A stretch of 64,000 nucleotides of DNA. Origin: a phage. Shown in pieces: positions 55,752-64,000 of this stretch (its first letter is position 1; every line of letters starts with the position of its first letter). The notes under the pieces were generated by a model that was not told the DNA's origin, made no database searches, and saw only the letters and a program-made list of their open reading frames with translations. A program made the translations under genes and the position numbers. The DNA is taken from the sequence record PZ166176.1; one strand, 5' to 3'.

Positions 55752-56424
55752 GTGCTAGTGCCTCCTCATAGGAAATTCGGATTTTCCCATTTTTAATATC
55801 CTCTAAAGATGCTTTATATTCTTCCCAGTTAATCCCGATAGCAGCTTCTTTCTCTTCTTTTGTCAGATTAGCAAAAGGCATAGGGTTGTTTCCAAAAACA
55901 TCGTCTGGGTGGATATAAGCCATGATACGAAGTGGACAAGGTGTTGCCTGAATACCATGATTCAAACCAGCAGCTTTCAAACGGTGTCCCCATTCGGCAT
56001 CTTCAAAACCATAACCGTGAGTGTAAGGGCGGAAATAACCCATCTTCTCAACAACGGCACGAGAATACATTGCAAATTGACACATTGCAAGTTCCCAGAG
56101 AATAACTTCTCCTTTGCTTCCAACAACTTTATCTTTGAAGTACTCCGGCATACCAAAGAAATCCCATCCTCCAGAAACAGCTTGATCTACAAAGTATGTT
56201 TCCCATCCTTCCATGACTGGGTAGCAATCGTCGTCAAAAATAAACCAATAATCATAACCTTCTTCATAAAACTGGTGCATAAGTTCATTCCTGGCATAAG
56301 CTACACCTTTACGGTCTGGATCGTTGAATACTCGAAAATCTGCACGTGGATCTGTTACAAGGTAGTCTTTAAGTGGGCGGACACCTACAGTGATAACACC
56401 CACTCCGATTTTAATATTTTCCAT
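55741..56424 (-). CDS. putative GT-A-type glycosyltransferase (DxD motif)
   Basis: Motifs GVAYARNELM and WFIFDDDCYP are typical of family-2-like GT-A folds. Confidence 0.4.
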   Translation of the reverse strand: MENIKIGVGVITVGVRPLKDYLVTDPRADFRVFNDPDRKGVAYARNELMHQFYEEGYDYWFIFDDDCYPVMEGWETYFVDQAVSGGWDFFGMPEYFKDKVVGSKGEVILWELAMCQFAMYSRAVVEKMGYFRPYTHGYGFEDAEWGHRLKAAGLNHGIQATPCPLRIMAYIHPDDVFGNNPMPFANLTKEEKEAAIGINWEEYKASLEDIKNGKIRISYEEALAHVK

Positions 56425-56432
56425 TTTCTCTC

Positions 56433-56996
56433 CTAAATAGTTTTACTGTGATCGTGACAGTGTAATAAATGATGTATAGACCGTTGAGGATTTGTTTGAC
56501 CTAATCTGTAAATGTGAAACAGATACATTCCCCGCATCAATCCTAACCTCTTTCCTTTTTCATGTAAAGTGCGAGAGAAAATTAAGTCGAATTGGATAGA
56601 TTTTTCTTCGAAATGAATTTCATTCCACAATGATTTTCTAAAAAGCAAAAAGAAACCTGCCAAAGGTGTTCCGAAAGGAACTTCTTCAACACTCACTTTA
56701 TGATATTCTCTTGCAATCTTAGCATATTCTATATGGTTTAGAATATCTGGATCATCGTTAATTTGGTTAGAGAAAAGCTGATAACCACTGCCTAACCTGT
56801 TACAAGTTGCACCTATTACATCAAAAGGCGGGTTTGACATAACAAGCTCTTCAAGCATAGATGGTTGATCAGGTAGGAGGAACATTGTATCGGTATCTCT
56901 TAAACACACCCAACTATCATCTGGAAGAACGGCAATGGCTTCATTGATAGCCTTGCCGATATTTCCTGTCAGATAGGGAGTAATATAATAAATCAT
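56433..56996 (-). CDS. putative glycosyltransferase-like protein (weak)
   Basis: Acidic DTD motif (CLRDTDTMF) in an N-terminal Rossmann-like region; clustered with three other GT-like genes. Confidence 0.3.
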   Translation of the reverse strand: MIYYITPYLTGNIGKAINEAIAVLPDDSWVCLRDTDTMFLLPDQPSMLEELVMSNPPFDVIGATCNRLGSGYQLFSNQINDDPDILNHIEYAKIAREYHKVSVEEVPFGTPLAGFFLLFRKSLWNEIHFEEKSIQFDLIFSRTLHEKGKRLGLMRGMYLFHIYRLGQTNPQRSIHHLLHCHDHSKTI

Positions 56997-57012
56997 TCTC
57001 CCCTCCGTTATA

Positions 57013-57204
57013 TTAACTGTCGGCTACAATCCCGCGTTTAATCATTTCCTGTTGGATTTGGATGACACGATCTCGTGCTTCCATGTATTCTTTAAAAGAT
57101 TCTTGAAGATGGTCACGAGCTACGTCTCGTAGCTTAATCAGCTTGTCGTTTGTCACTTCTTGAAGAGAGATTTCGCCAGTTTCATTGGTCCCAAGCGTTT
57201 TCAT
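57013..57204 (-). CDS. hypothetical protein (63 aa)
   Basis: ORF. Confidence 0.4.
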   Translation of the reverse strand: MKTLGTNETGEISLQEVTNDKLIKLRDVARDHLQESFKEYMEARDRVIQIQQEMIKRGIVADS

Positions 57205-57412
57205 TTACAACCTCCTTAATAGCTACTGCACAGTTCTTACAAATACATTGACCTTTGTTCTTAGAAATTTCAATGTAAGGTTCATTTTCGTTTTCTCCGC
57301 GTCGTGAGTCGTATATTACTGTATTGAAGCAGACAACGCAAATGTTTTTAATAACGACATATTTTTGCACTTTCTGTTTAGTGCGAAAATTGACTTCAAT
57401 GACTTCTCCCAT
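57182..57412 (-). CDS. small Cys-rich protein (zinc-binding?)
   Basis: Track ORF 57182-57460; start placed at the internal Met; CVVC...CICKNC pattern. Confidence 0.4.
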   Translation of the reverse strand: MGEVIEVNFRTKQKVQKYVVIKNICVVCFNTVIYDSRRGENENEPYIEISKNKGQCICKNCAVAIKEVVNENAWDQ

Positions 57413-57696
57413 CAGTGAATCTCCCCTAAAATATTGTTTTGAGACATTACTGCGGAGCATTCTACAGCATCATGAGTCCTTGCAAAACGCTCCCACAACA
57501 CAGCATCTACTTTAAGAACCATACAAGGATAAATACTGTCGTTGATCATGTCAATGCTATATTTATCTACATCCTTTTCATCTTCCATAAACAAAGTAGC
57601 GTATGCTTCTAAATGCTTACGGGTGTAGTATACATCCTCTTCAGTAAGACCGACAACCAGGTAACTTGCTACAACAACAGTATTATCTTCTTGCAT
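57412..57696 (-). CDS. hypothetical protein (94 aa)
   Basis: Track ORF 57412-57759; start placed at the internal Met (MQEDNTVVV) to avoid overlap with the upstream gene. Confidence 0.4.
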   Translation of the reverse strand: MQEDNTVVVASYLVVGLTEEDVYYTRKHLEAYATLFMEDEKDVDKYSIDMINDSIYPCMVLKVDAVLWERFARTHDAVECSAVMSQNNILGEIH

Positions 57697-57697
57697 T

Positions 57698-58219
57698 TTA
57701 ACTCCCCTTTGGTAGATAGAAACCATGCACTTTATCTCGATAAACAAGACGCATATCACGTTCCCAGTGTGTCCTTATATTCCGTTTCTTGAAGTATAGA
57801 GCACCTTTAGTAACATCTAAAACAGACCGCAATTCAGGAAAATGTTTCTCTAAATAAAGTAAACGCTCCGCTATTGCTTTTGCTTCCTGCCACTTATCTT
57901 TCTCTGTTACGTTAAAAGTTTTCGCATATGAGAATTGTCCTTTCTGGAACAAGACTCCTCTGACTGTGTTAGGGAAGTAGGTATCATTTCTTCTGTTGAT
58001 TACCACGTTCCCAACGGCATTCATTCCTTTTTTACCCAGACCGCGACCTTCTGCGTAAATTGCACAAGCTAATAGAATTTTATCATTATATTGCTTTGTA
58101 CATTTGTGAACTACTTTAGCGGTTTTTACGTTTGCAGCTTCGGCTTTCGCCACAACAGGTGTAAATGTAAAAGCAGTTAAGGATAGTAACGCAACTGTTA
58201 CAAAGTTTTTTATCAGCAA
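57698..58219 (-). CDS. secreted cell-wall hydrolase (SleB-like), candidate endolysin
   Basis: N-terminal signal-peptide-like segment (VTVALLSLTAFTFTPVVAKA) and motifs LACAIYAEGRG...GMNAVGNVVINR...VLFQKGQFS. Confidence 0.55.
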   Translation of the reverse strand: MLIKNFVTVALLSLTAFTFTPVVAKAEAANVKTAKVVHKCTKQYNDKILLACAIYAEGRGLGKKGMNAVGNVVINRRNDTYFPNTVRGVLFQKGQFSYAKTFNVTEKDKWQEAKAIAERLLYLEKHFPELRSVLDVTKGALYFKKRNIRTHWERDMRLVYRDKVHGFYLPKGS

Positions 58220-58318
58220 ATTTTGCCTCCTTTTTAAGTTAACGAATTTCTAGTATAGCACGATAGAGGCTTTATTGCAAGAGGGGTATTTCTCCCCCTC
58301 AAAATCATTTGTTAATTA

Positions 58319-58921
58319 TTATGGACATTCATACCATTCTTTTTTACCACCGAAGGCCATCACCACATCACAAATATCCAGACCAGCTTTACCTACACCA
58401 TATGCTTTCAGCTTCCATTCCCCATCTTCACGGACCAAGGAAGCCACGTGGCAGATTGTGTTGCCAGCTACTTCAGGAGCCAGGAAGTCAAAATCCAGAA
58501 TTTCCACATTGCGCTCGGAGTCGAAGATTTTAAGCATACCTTCAGAAGCATGACCAAAACGTTTCAGACCTGTATCATCATCAATGGTCAGAACAAAGGC
58601 AATCTCTTGTGCATCAGGAGAGATTTTAGCTAGAGTAATATCAATCTGCTCCATGCTGCCAGTTCCATCACGAACATCGTCACCAGCGAAGGTAGAACGT
58701 TCAGGATCAAACTTGTTAGCATAGCAAACCAGATGACGTGCAGACAGCATTTCAGGATTGCCAGCGGCATTGTGACGACAAACCAGTGCACTTACATCCA
58801 GATCCAGTTTAGAATCAGATTTCCAAGAGAATTCAAGGCGCAGTTCTTTCAGAGCCGGAGCAACTTTCTTCAGGGAAATTTTTTCGCTAGAGCCTTTTTT
58901 CAGGGAAATTTTATCAGTCAT
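58319..58921 (-). CDS. TerD-domain protein
   Basis: N-terminal KISLKKG repeats, DLDVSAL and later acidic segments characteristic of TerD-family proteins; 200 aa. Confidence 0.6.
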   Translation of the reverse strand: MTDKISLKKGSSEKISLKKVAPALKELRLEFSWKSDSKLDLDVSALVCRHNAAGNPEMLSARHLVCYANKFDPERSTFAGDDVRDGTGSMEQIDITLAKISPDAQEIAFVLTIDDDTGLKRFGHASEGMLKIFDSERNVEILDFDFLAPEVAGNTICHVASLVREDGEWKLKAYGVGKAGLDICDVVMAFGGKKEWYECP

Positions 58922-58936
58922 CTTTTGTCTCCTCTA

Positions 58937-59206
58937 TTATTTAAGTGTAATACCAGTTACAGTCAATTCTACTTCCAAAAGCTTAGATGTGTTTTGGATT
59001 GATACTAATTGTGCATGATGGTTTAGTTCTACAGCAGAACAATCATTTTCCCCATCATCTACTTTTAAATAAACAATGATTTCACTAAGGTCTAAACCAT
59101 TTTCGTCAAATGCATTTTCATAGACGAAAGTATCTCCTACATCCAAATCTTTAATGGTAAGGCATCGTTTATTTACTTTTTGCTCATCAATTTCGAAGTT
59201 TAACAC
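58937..59206 (-). CDS. small protein, paralog of 60228-60572
   Basis: Shares DLDVGxTF...NGLD...LEVELTVTGITLK blocks with the 114-aa protein on the other side of the vWA gene. Confidence 0.45.
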   Translation of the reverse strand: MLNFEIDEQKVNKRCLTIKDLDVGDTFVYENAFDENGLDLSEIIVYLKVDDGENDCSAVELNHHAQLVSIQNTSKLLEVELTVTGITLK

Positions 59207-59435
59207 TTCTTCCTCCTAATGTTATCTCCGGTTTGTATATACGAAGAATTATAGCATTTTCATTTTCTTTGTCAACCCATTCTTCATAATCGGGCCATAC
59301 ATGAATCTCTACTCTACTTACAATATCTTCCATTCGCACAGTCCCAATGAAATACTCTTTGAGACTGCGCATAATGAAAGCTTCTCTCTCGCGCCAATAA
59401 TTTTCTATGACTTGAGAGGCAAGCTCGTCGATCAT
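59187..59435 (-). CDS. hypothetical protein (82 aa)
   Basis: ORF between the TerD and vWA genes. Confidence 0.4.
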   Translation of the reverse strand: MIDELASQVIENYWREREAFIMRSLKEYFIGTVRMEDIVSRVEIHVWPDYEEWVDKENENAIILRIYKPEITLGGRSVKLRN

Positions 59436-60226
59436 TTTTTAGCACCTACTTTAACAACCCACTCTCCGAACTCTTCAGATAAGAGTTTGTCATAAAGCTC
59501 TGAATCTGTCAAGTCTAAATCTTTAATGCCAATAAAACCAACATTATCATAAGCATTTGCCAGTTCTTTCAGGAAGCCGAACTTCTCATTACCAACGCCA
59601 ACCATGAACCAATAAATAGGTTTATTCTTATTCTCTTCGATAAGACGACGAACAGCACTAGGATCACCATTCTCACCATCCGTCTGGAAGAATACAACAC
59701 CAGGGGTAACGTCAGCACCTGGTTCAGATACAGCTACAACTTTTTCACGCTCTACAGACACTGTTTCAGTTTTACCAAGCAGACGATTAAAGAAGCCTTT
59801 CTTTGGAGCCTCCTCTTGTACCACTTGTTTAGTGGTAATATATTTAGTAACAGTGCCAAAATACTCATCGTAGATATCCGCCATTACAGGGGCGTAATTT
59901 GTTCCACCTCCGATACGAACATTACGCATACATTTGCCAACATAGTCATCGTAAACATCTGCTGTTGCTGGAGTAAGCTCTTGGGAACTCGTATTGAAGG
60001 CCCACATATCAATTTGTTGATTATCGTCGAACAGCATACCAAAAGGAAGCAGTTTACCTACAAAATCACTCACTACCCCACTAGAATATAGACCATGCAT
60101 ACTACCAGAAATATCTAGAGCACATGCTACACGAAGAACAATCTTACCTTCATTCAGGTTCTTATTCTTTTTCAGAGAGAAAGCAAGGTTTTCTTGACGT
60201 TTTTTCAGGCTGATTTTCTCGGACAT
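59432..60226 (-). CDS. von Willebrand factor A domain protein (TerY-like)
   Basis: MIDAS motif ALDISGSM with downstream acidic residues; N-terminal KISLKK segment shared with the TerD gene. Confidence 0.55.
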   Translation of the reverse strand: MSEKISLKKRQENLAFSLKKNKNLNEGKIVLRVACALDISGSMHGLYSSGVVSDFVGKLLPFGMLFDDNQQIDMWAFNTSSQELTPATADVYDDYVGKCMRNVRIGGGTNYAPVMADIYDEYFGTVTKYITTKQVVQEEAPKKGFFNRLLGKTETVSVEREKVVAVSEPGADVTPGVVFFQTDGENGDPSAVRRLIEENKNKPIYWFMVGVGNEKFGFLKELANAYDNVGFIGIKDLDLTDSELYDKLLSEEFGEWVVKVGAKK

Positions 60227-60227
60227 A

Positions 60228-60572
60228 TTATTTCTCCTTCTTAAGTGTAATATTGGTAACTTCTAAATCTACTTCCACCATATTTGTATCTGGTGGGATG
60301 CAATGAGTATAGCCTCGTTGTGCTAGTGATCCATTAATACAAATCGCACTGTTTGTGGAATTTTTAATGAACACCAAGTTACGGTAGGTATCCAACCCTG
60401 CGTCTTCATAGGCATCATAATACATGAATGTGGCCCCTACGTCAAGATCTTCGAAAGCAATAGGTAAATCCTGACTTTTTTCTTCTTGAATATTGAATCT
60501 AAACACGCATACCTCCTCTACCAATTTTGAAGCCCAAATCGTAAGCTTCCTTAGTGATCTTTTGTAACTCAC
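60228..60572 (-). CDS. small protein, paralog of 58937-59206
   Basis: Shared blocks DLDVGATF, GLD, VEVDLEVTNITLKK. Confidence 0.45.
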   Translation of the reverse strand: MSYKRSLRKLTIWASKLVEEVCVFRFNIQEEKSQDLPIAFEDLDVGATFMYYDAYEDAGLDTYRNLVFIKNSTNSAICINGSLAQRGYTHCIPPDTNMVEVDLEVTNITLKKEK

Positions 60573-61062
60573 TTATAGGAAGTGTTACAAGAGGATCATC
60601 TTCTTCAATTTCCATCTTGTCATCTTCTGTTTCAATGAGAGTATTATGCACTTTGTGATAAGGGTTGTCAACACGTTTAAACTTATTCTTTTCTGTGCTG
60701 AAAAAACAATCTGGATCTTCTTCACCATCACCCCAACCTTGGTTAGGATCTCCGTCAGATTGTTCTGTAGGGATTTCACCTGTAAAGTACTCTTCCAGCA
60801 CCATAGCAATACCGTCCCTTGGATTTGAGGAATGCATTAAATCACAAACCTTACCCCAATCCATAGCCCATTCGAACCGTTCACGAACGCCATTTTCATC
60901 CTCCTTTCCAGAGAAAACACAACCATAACTATCATAGTTGCCATACATCTCTTCAATAACAACACCGTCCTTCAAAAGAAAGAGGTAGCAAGGTGATCCG
61001 TCGAAAGAAGTAGAAAGGGCAGCTTTGCCCGATTCTTTGCACAAAAAGCTAAAACAACCCAT
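60499..61062 (-). CDS. hypothetical acidic protein (187 aa)
   Basis: ORF; 3' end overlaps the downstream paralog gene by 74 nt. Confidence 0.4.
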   Translation of the reverse strand: MGCFSFLCKESGKAALSTSFDGSPCYLFLLKDGVVIEEMYGNYDSYGCVFSGKEDENGVRERFEWAMDWGKVCDLMHSSNPRDGIAMVLEEYFTGEIPTEQSDGDPNQGWGDGEEDPDCFFSTEKNKFKRVDNPYHKVHNTLIETEDDKMEIEEDDPLVTLPISELQKITKEAYDLGFKIGRGGMRV

Positions 61063-61265
61063 TACAAACCCTCCTTCAGATTATCAAGAGCTACAGTGGT
61101 TTCACAAGAGTCTCCATAAGTTTTATGATGTTCCAGAAAAGCTTCGGGTCCACCCCAGTCATTATCTTGTGTATTCCAGCCATCAATAAAAGCATCTTCA
61201 ATGATTGTGATCAGTTCTTGTCGGGTTAACTGGATAATATTAGGATCGTTATCGTAGTTAAACAT
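61062..61265 (-). CDS. hypothetical protein (67 aa)
   Basis: ORF with RBS. Confidence 0.4.
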   Translation of the reverse strand: MFNYDNDPNIIQLTRQELITIIEDAFIDGWNTQDNDWGGPEAFLEHHKTYGDSCETTVALDNLKEGL

Positions 61266-61430
61266 CTTCTTCCTCCTCTAAAATATGGAACCCGTAATTA
61301 CAATAATCCTGAAAGGTTTCGTGCGCAAGATCTTCTATATCCTCTTGAGACATATCATCTTCAATTTCGATATCCACAACCTCATTGCATCCACACCAAG
61401 CAGTTTCAATATTCACTCGTAATGTTTTCA

Positions 61431-61628
61431 TTACTCCTCCTCCTCATTGAAGTCAATATCTGCAAGGAGTTCGAATTTACGGAAGTTACGACAACCTTCA
61501 TAAATATAACAATCACGACAAACTGCTAGAACACTTGCGGGATATATACCTCCCATCGGTGCGAATCGTTTTTCGTCATCATAACGGACACCAATGTCTT
61601 CATCAATTATATAGATACGGATTCTCAT
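61431..61628 (-). CDS. hypothetical protein (65 aa)
   Basis: ORF; contains Cys residues; overlaps the upstream stop by 4 nt. Confidence 0.4.
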   Translation of the reverse strand: MRIRIYIIDEDIGVRYDDEKRFAPMGGIYPASVLAVCRDCYIYEGCRNFRKFELLADIDFNEEEE

Positions 61629-62737
61629 TTACCAAGCCCTCGTTTCACAGCAGCTACCATCCCGTCTTCCAGAGATTGAACTTCATTAATATAATCAACA
61701 CGAGCAGCACGGGCTTCCGTATTGATGCGGTTAGTTTCTTCCAACATCTTAACCAAGTTTTCCTGATCGTGACGCAGAGTTTCAATATCCAACACTTGAC
61801 GGTTAGCCAGTGCTGCTGCTTCGATCTGATTCTGTGTGGCAAGATCGCTACCCAGTTTAATTGCCAGGTTAAATTCATCAAGAACGTTATTCTGCGTCTC
61901 TGCTGCTTTCATTTGACGTAAGCTCTCGATATACATTGAGAAGTTAGCAGAGTAAGCAGGAATAACATTATTTACTATGTTACGCGCAGATCGCATTAAG
62001 CTTGCAGAAACTTTTTGCATACCTTGTACACGCGGTCCCATTTGGACACACAGTAGGCGCAATGCTTTTAAATCTGCAATACGAATCTCCAGAAGATCCA
62101 AAGTATCTCGGATCACTTGTCGCTGTTCTACTGCATCTTCTGGAAGAGCAGCCAAAGCTTGTTCTTCTTTTTCATAGGTTGCTGTTAGAAGCTGCATATC
62201 TCGGTTCAAACTTGCAGCATATTGTCCAATAGCTTGATGCAGCTTTTCAAGATATACCAAGGAATCTTCTTCTTTGCGAATATCCATTTGAAGGTTCTTT
62301 ACCAACTCTTCAATACGGTTATTAACATTATCAAACTCCCCGAACAGGTCTTCTTTCATACCCATAACTTTTTTAATGAGTTTAGTAATACCCTTGCTTT
62401 GTTTAATAGAGTTTGGATCAAGTTGTTTTGCCTGTTTAATCAAAGCTGTGAGTCGTTCACTCATCTGATCGCCTTGATTACTACGTTGATGTTTTAACAC
62501 CTCGGCATTCAAGGAACGCAAGGTTGTTCCTGCCTCTGCCCCAATCTCTTCAATCTCTTGTCGGGTCATAGAAGGCAAAACTGGAACTTCTTGCGGTGCC
62601 GCTGGTGCATAAACAGGACTGGCATCTAACACGCTTGGAGCGAATACAGATTTACTTGCATCTGTTGTTGCAGCGAATACACTCATTTCAGACTTCTTCT
62701 GACCACCAGTAGCTGCTTTTAAAAATGGACTTGTCAT
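61625..62737 (-). CDS. coiled-coil protein, possibly TelA-family (toxic anion resistance-like)
   Basis: 370-aa, largely helical, Gln/Leu/Glu-rich; size and architecture fit TelA-like proteins but no diagnostic motif could be verified by eye. Confidence 0.3.
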   Translation of the reverse strand: MTSPFLKAATGGQKKSEMSVFAATTDASKSVFAPSVLDASPVYAPAAPQEVPVLPSMTRQEIEEIGAEAGTTLRSLNAEVLKHQRSNQGDQMSERLTALIKQAKQLDPNSIKQSKGITKLIKKVMGMKEDLFGEFDNVNNRIEELVKNLQMDIRKEEDSLVYLEKLHQAIGQYAASLNRDMQLLTATYEKEEQALAALPEDAVEQRQVIRDTLDLLEIRIADLKALRLLCVQMGPRVQGMQKVSASLMRSARNIVNNVIPAYSANFSMYIESLRQMKAAETQNNVLDEFNLAIKLGSDLATQNQIEAAALANRQVLDIETLRHDQENLVKMLEETNRINTEARAARVDYINEVQSLEDGMVAAVKRGLGK

Positions 62738-63324
62738 TCTTCATTCTCCTCTTCTGCATCTCTTATATATGGTGAAACACCGTACTCTTTAGCTACTTTA
62801 ACCCAATCATCCCATTTATACAACCATAATTTTCCTTCAGTTCCTTCTTTATCTGATTTCAACCACATGTTAGGTTGCTTGCCTGGGTACATGCGATTAG
62901 GTTTACGATTATAACCTCTAACACATCTTGTCGCAAACCTATCTACCAGAACAAGAACATATTTATATTCGTGGTTCAACGGCTCTTTGGAAGTGGCTTT
63001 AGGATTAGCCCCTAACTCTGCTGCCAGTTTTTGCCAATGAGCACCGTGTCTACTAAACTTACCCATACAACCATCAATAGCATGAGCAATTTCGTGCTTC
63101 ATTGTATCCACGATCATATCTCTTGTGGAGTTCTTATGCAAGTGCCAATTTACAACAACAATTTTATCTCGGTAGTTGCACCAACCGAAAGAGTTATTCA
63201 CTTTGTTTCTAACACAAGCTTTATATCCTGCTTCACGTAACATGTTGTAGTAAACAGGAAAATCTTCTTTTATTTCCTGCATCACTTCCCACCACAAGAG
63301 TTGCAAGTCTCTCTCGGTATGCAT
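62734..63324 (-). CDS. SprT-like zinc metallopeptidase
   Basis: HExxH motif (MKHEIAHAI) followed by HGAHW, as in SprT-family proteases. Confidence 0.5.
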   Translation of the reverse strand: MHTERDLQLLWWEVMQEIKEDFPVYYNMLREAGYKACVRNKVNNSFGWCNYRDKIVVVNWHLHKNSTRDMIVDTMKHEIAHAIDGCMGKFSRHGAHWQKLAAELGANPKATSKEPLNHEYKYVLVLVDRFATRCVRGYNRKPNRMYPGKQPNMWLKSDKEGTEGKLWLYKWDDWVKVAKEYGVSPYIRDAEEENEE

Positions 63325-63327
63325 AAC

Positions 63328-63921
63328 TTACACCTTAAAAGCGAAATGCGTGGTCGTGGCTTCAAAATCAGGGCCAGATAAACTTGCACTGAAATCTGAA
63401 ATATTTGTAATTAAAAAGCTTTTATGCATACCTAACACAGCCACGCTTTCAATATCTTCTACTAACATTTCAATCATGTTAGAAACATGGCTGAACGTAT
63501 AGTTTTGTTTTTTGATGGTGTAGAAAGAAAGACTCCCACCTGCTGTATAAGATACCTCTTCAAAATCTTTAATCGTATATTGTGTGCCATCAGTAAAGAA
63601 AATGGTAGCTTTATTAGTAGCACGTTTCTTGTTTTTTGGTCCTTTTTTACGTTTACTGCGAGTAGGCAAACCGTTTGGAAATACTGTAGCTACAAATTCT
63701 TCAGGAGAAACCTCCTTACCGAAATCATAACCGTAAGAAACAGCGTCTATAAACTCGTCGTCTTCATTTTTAAAATAATGAAAATAGGGCCAATTTGAGA
63801 GATTATCGAGCATCTTATGCTCATCCACAGCAGAGAACGTATCCCTCAAAGCACGTGTGATTTGCAAAGCATTAGGCAAACTTTTAACACCTGTAATGGA
63901 AGTACGAATAGAAATTGTCAT
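63328..63921 (-). CDS. hypothetical protein (197 aa)
   Basis: ORF; basic patch KRKKGPKNKKR. Confidence 0.45.
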   Translation of the reverse strand: MTISIRTSITGVKSLPNALQITRALRDTFSAVDEHKMLDNLSNWPYFHYFKNEDDEFIDAVSYGYDFGKEVSPEEFVATVFPNGLPTRSKRKKGPKNKKRATNKATIFFTDGTQYTIKDFEEVSYTAGGSLSFYTIKKQNYTFSHVSNMIEMLVEDIESVAVLGMHKSFLITNISDFSASLSGPDFEATTTHFAFKV

Positions 63922-64000
63922 TGTTTTTCTCCTTATTAACGTCGCTTGCTACGAGATGAACTCTTTTTACTTAAAGGGCTATTGTAAGATTTACGAGTTG

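Overview
This window reads as one contiguous piece of a large, AT-rich, virulent tailed-phage genome; I cannot name the phage, and a contractile (myovirus-type) tail is inferred only from gene order and sizes. Layout: (1) 111-1546, small leftward genes on the minus strand; (2) 1547-2027, a divergent non-coding control region with a GTACT repeat array, AT-rich palindromes and promoter-like sites; (3) 2028-2759, small rightward genes; (4) 3006-4710, a tRNA cluster with 11 tRNAs that all encode their 3' CCA, two degenerate tRNA-like elements and three unexplained structured spacers; (5) 4918-44020, the plus-strand morphogenesis module: spanin-like pair, large terminase with an intein in its P-loop, portal, scaffold-like, decoration-like and lambda-E-like major capsid proteins, sheath, tube, chaperone with a -1 frameshift site, tape measure, baseplate genes and at least seven large fibre/spike ORFs; (6) a bidirectional terminator at 44023-44052; (7) 44048-63921, the minus-strand replication and auxiliary module: HNH endonuclease, SSB, CCA-enzyme-like nucleotidyltransferase, family A DNA polymerase with a second intein, DNA methyltransferase, primase-helicase, four glycosyltransferase-like genes, a secreted cell-wall hydrolase, and a TerD / vWA / TelA-like / SprT-like gene set. 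The candidates most worth follow-up are that Ter-like set, the two related inteins, the glycosyltransferase cluster, and a serine-type tRNA body carrying an Asn anticodon. All functional calls rest on motifs read by eye; no database search or RNA-folding program was run.
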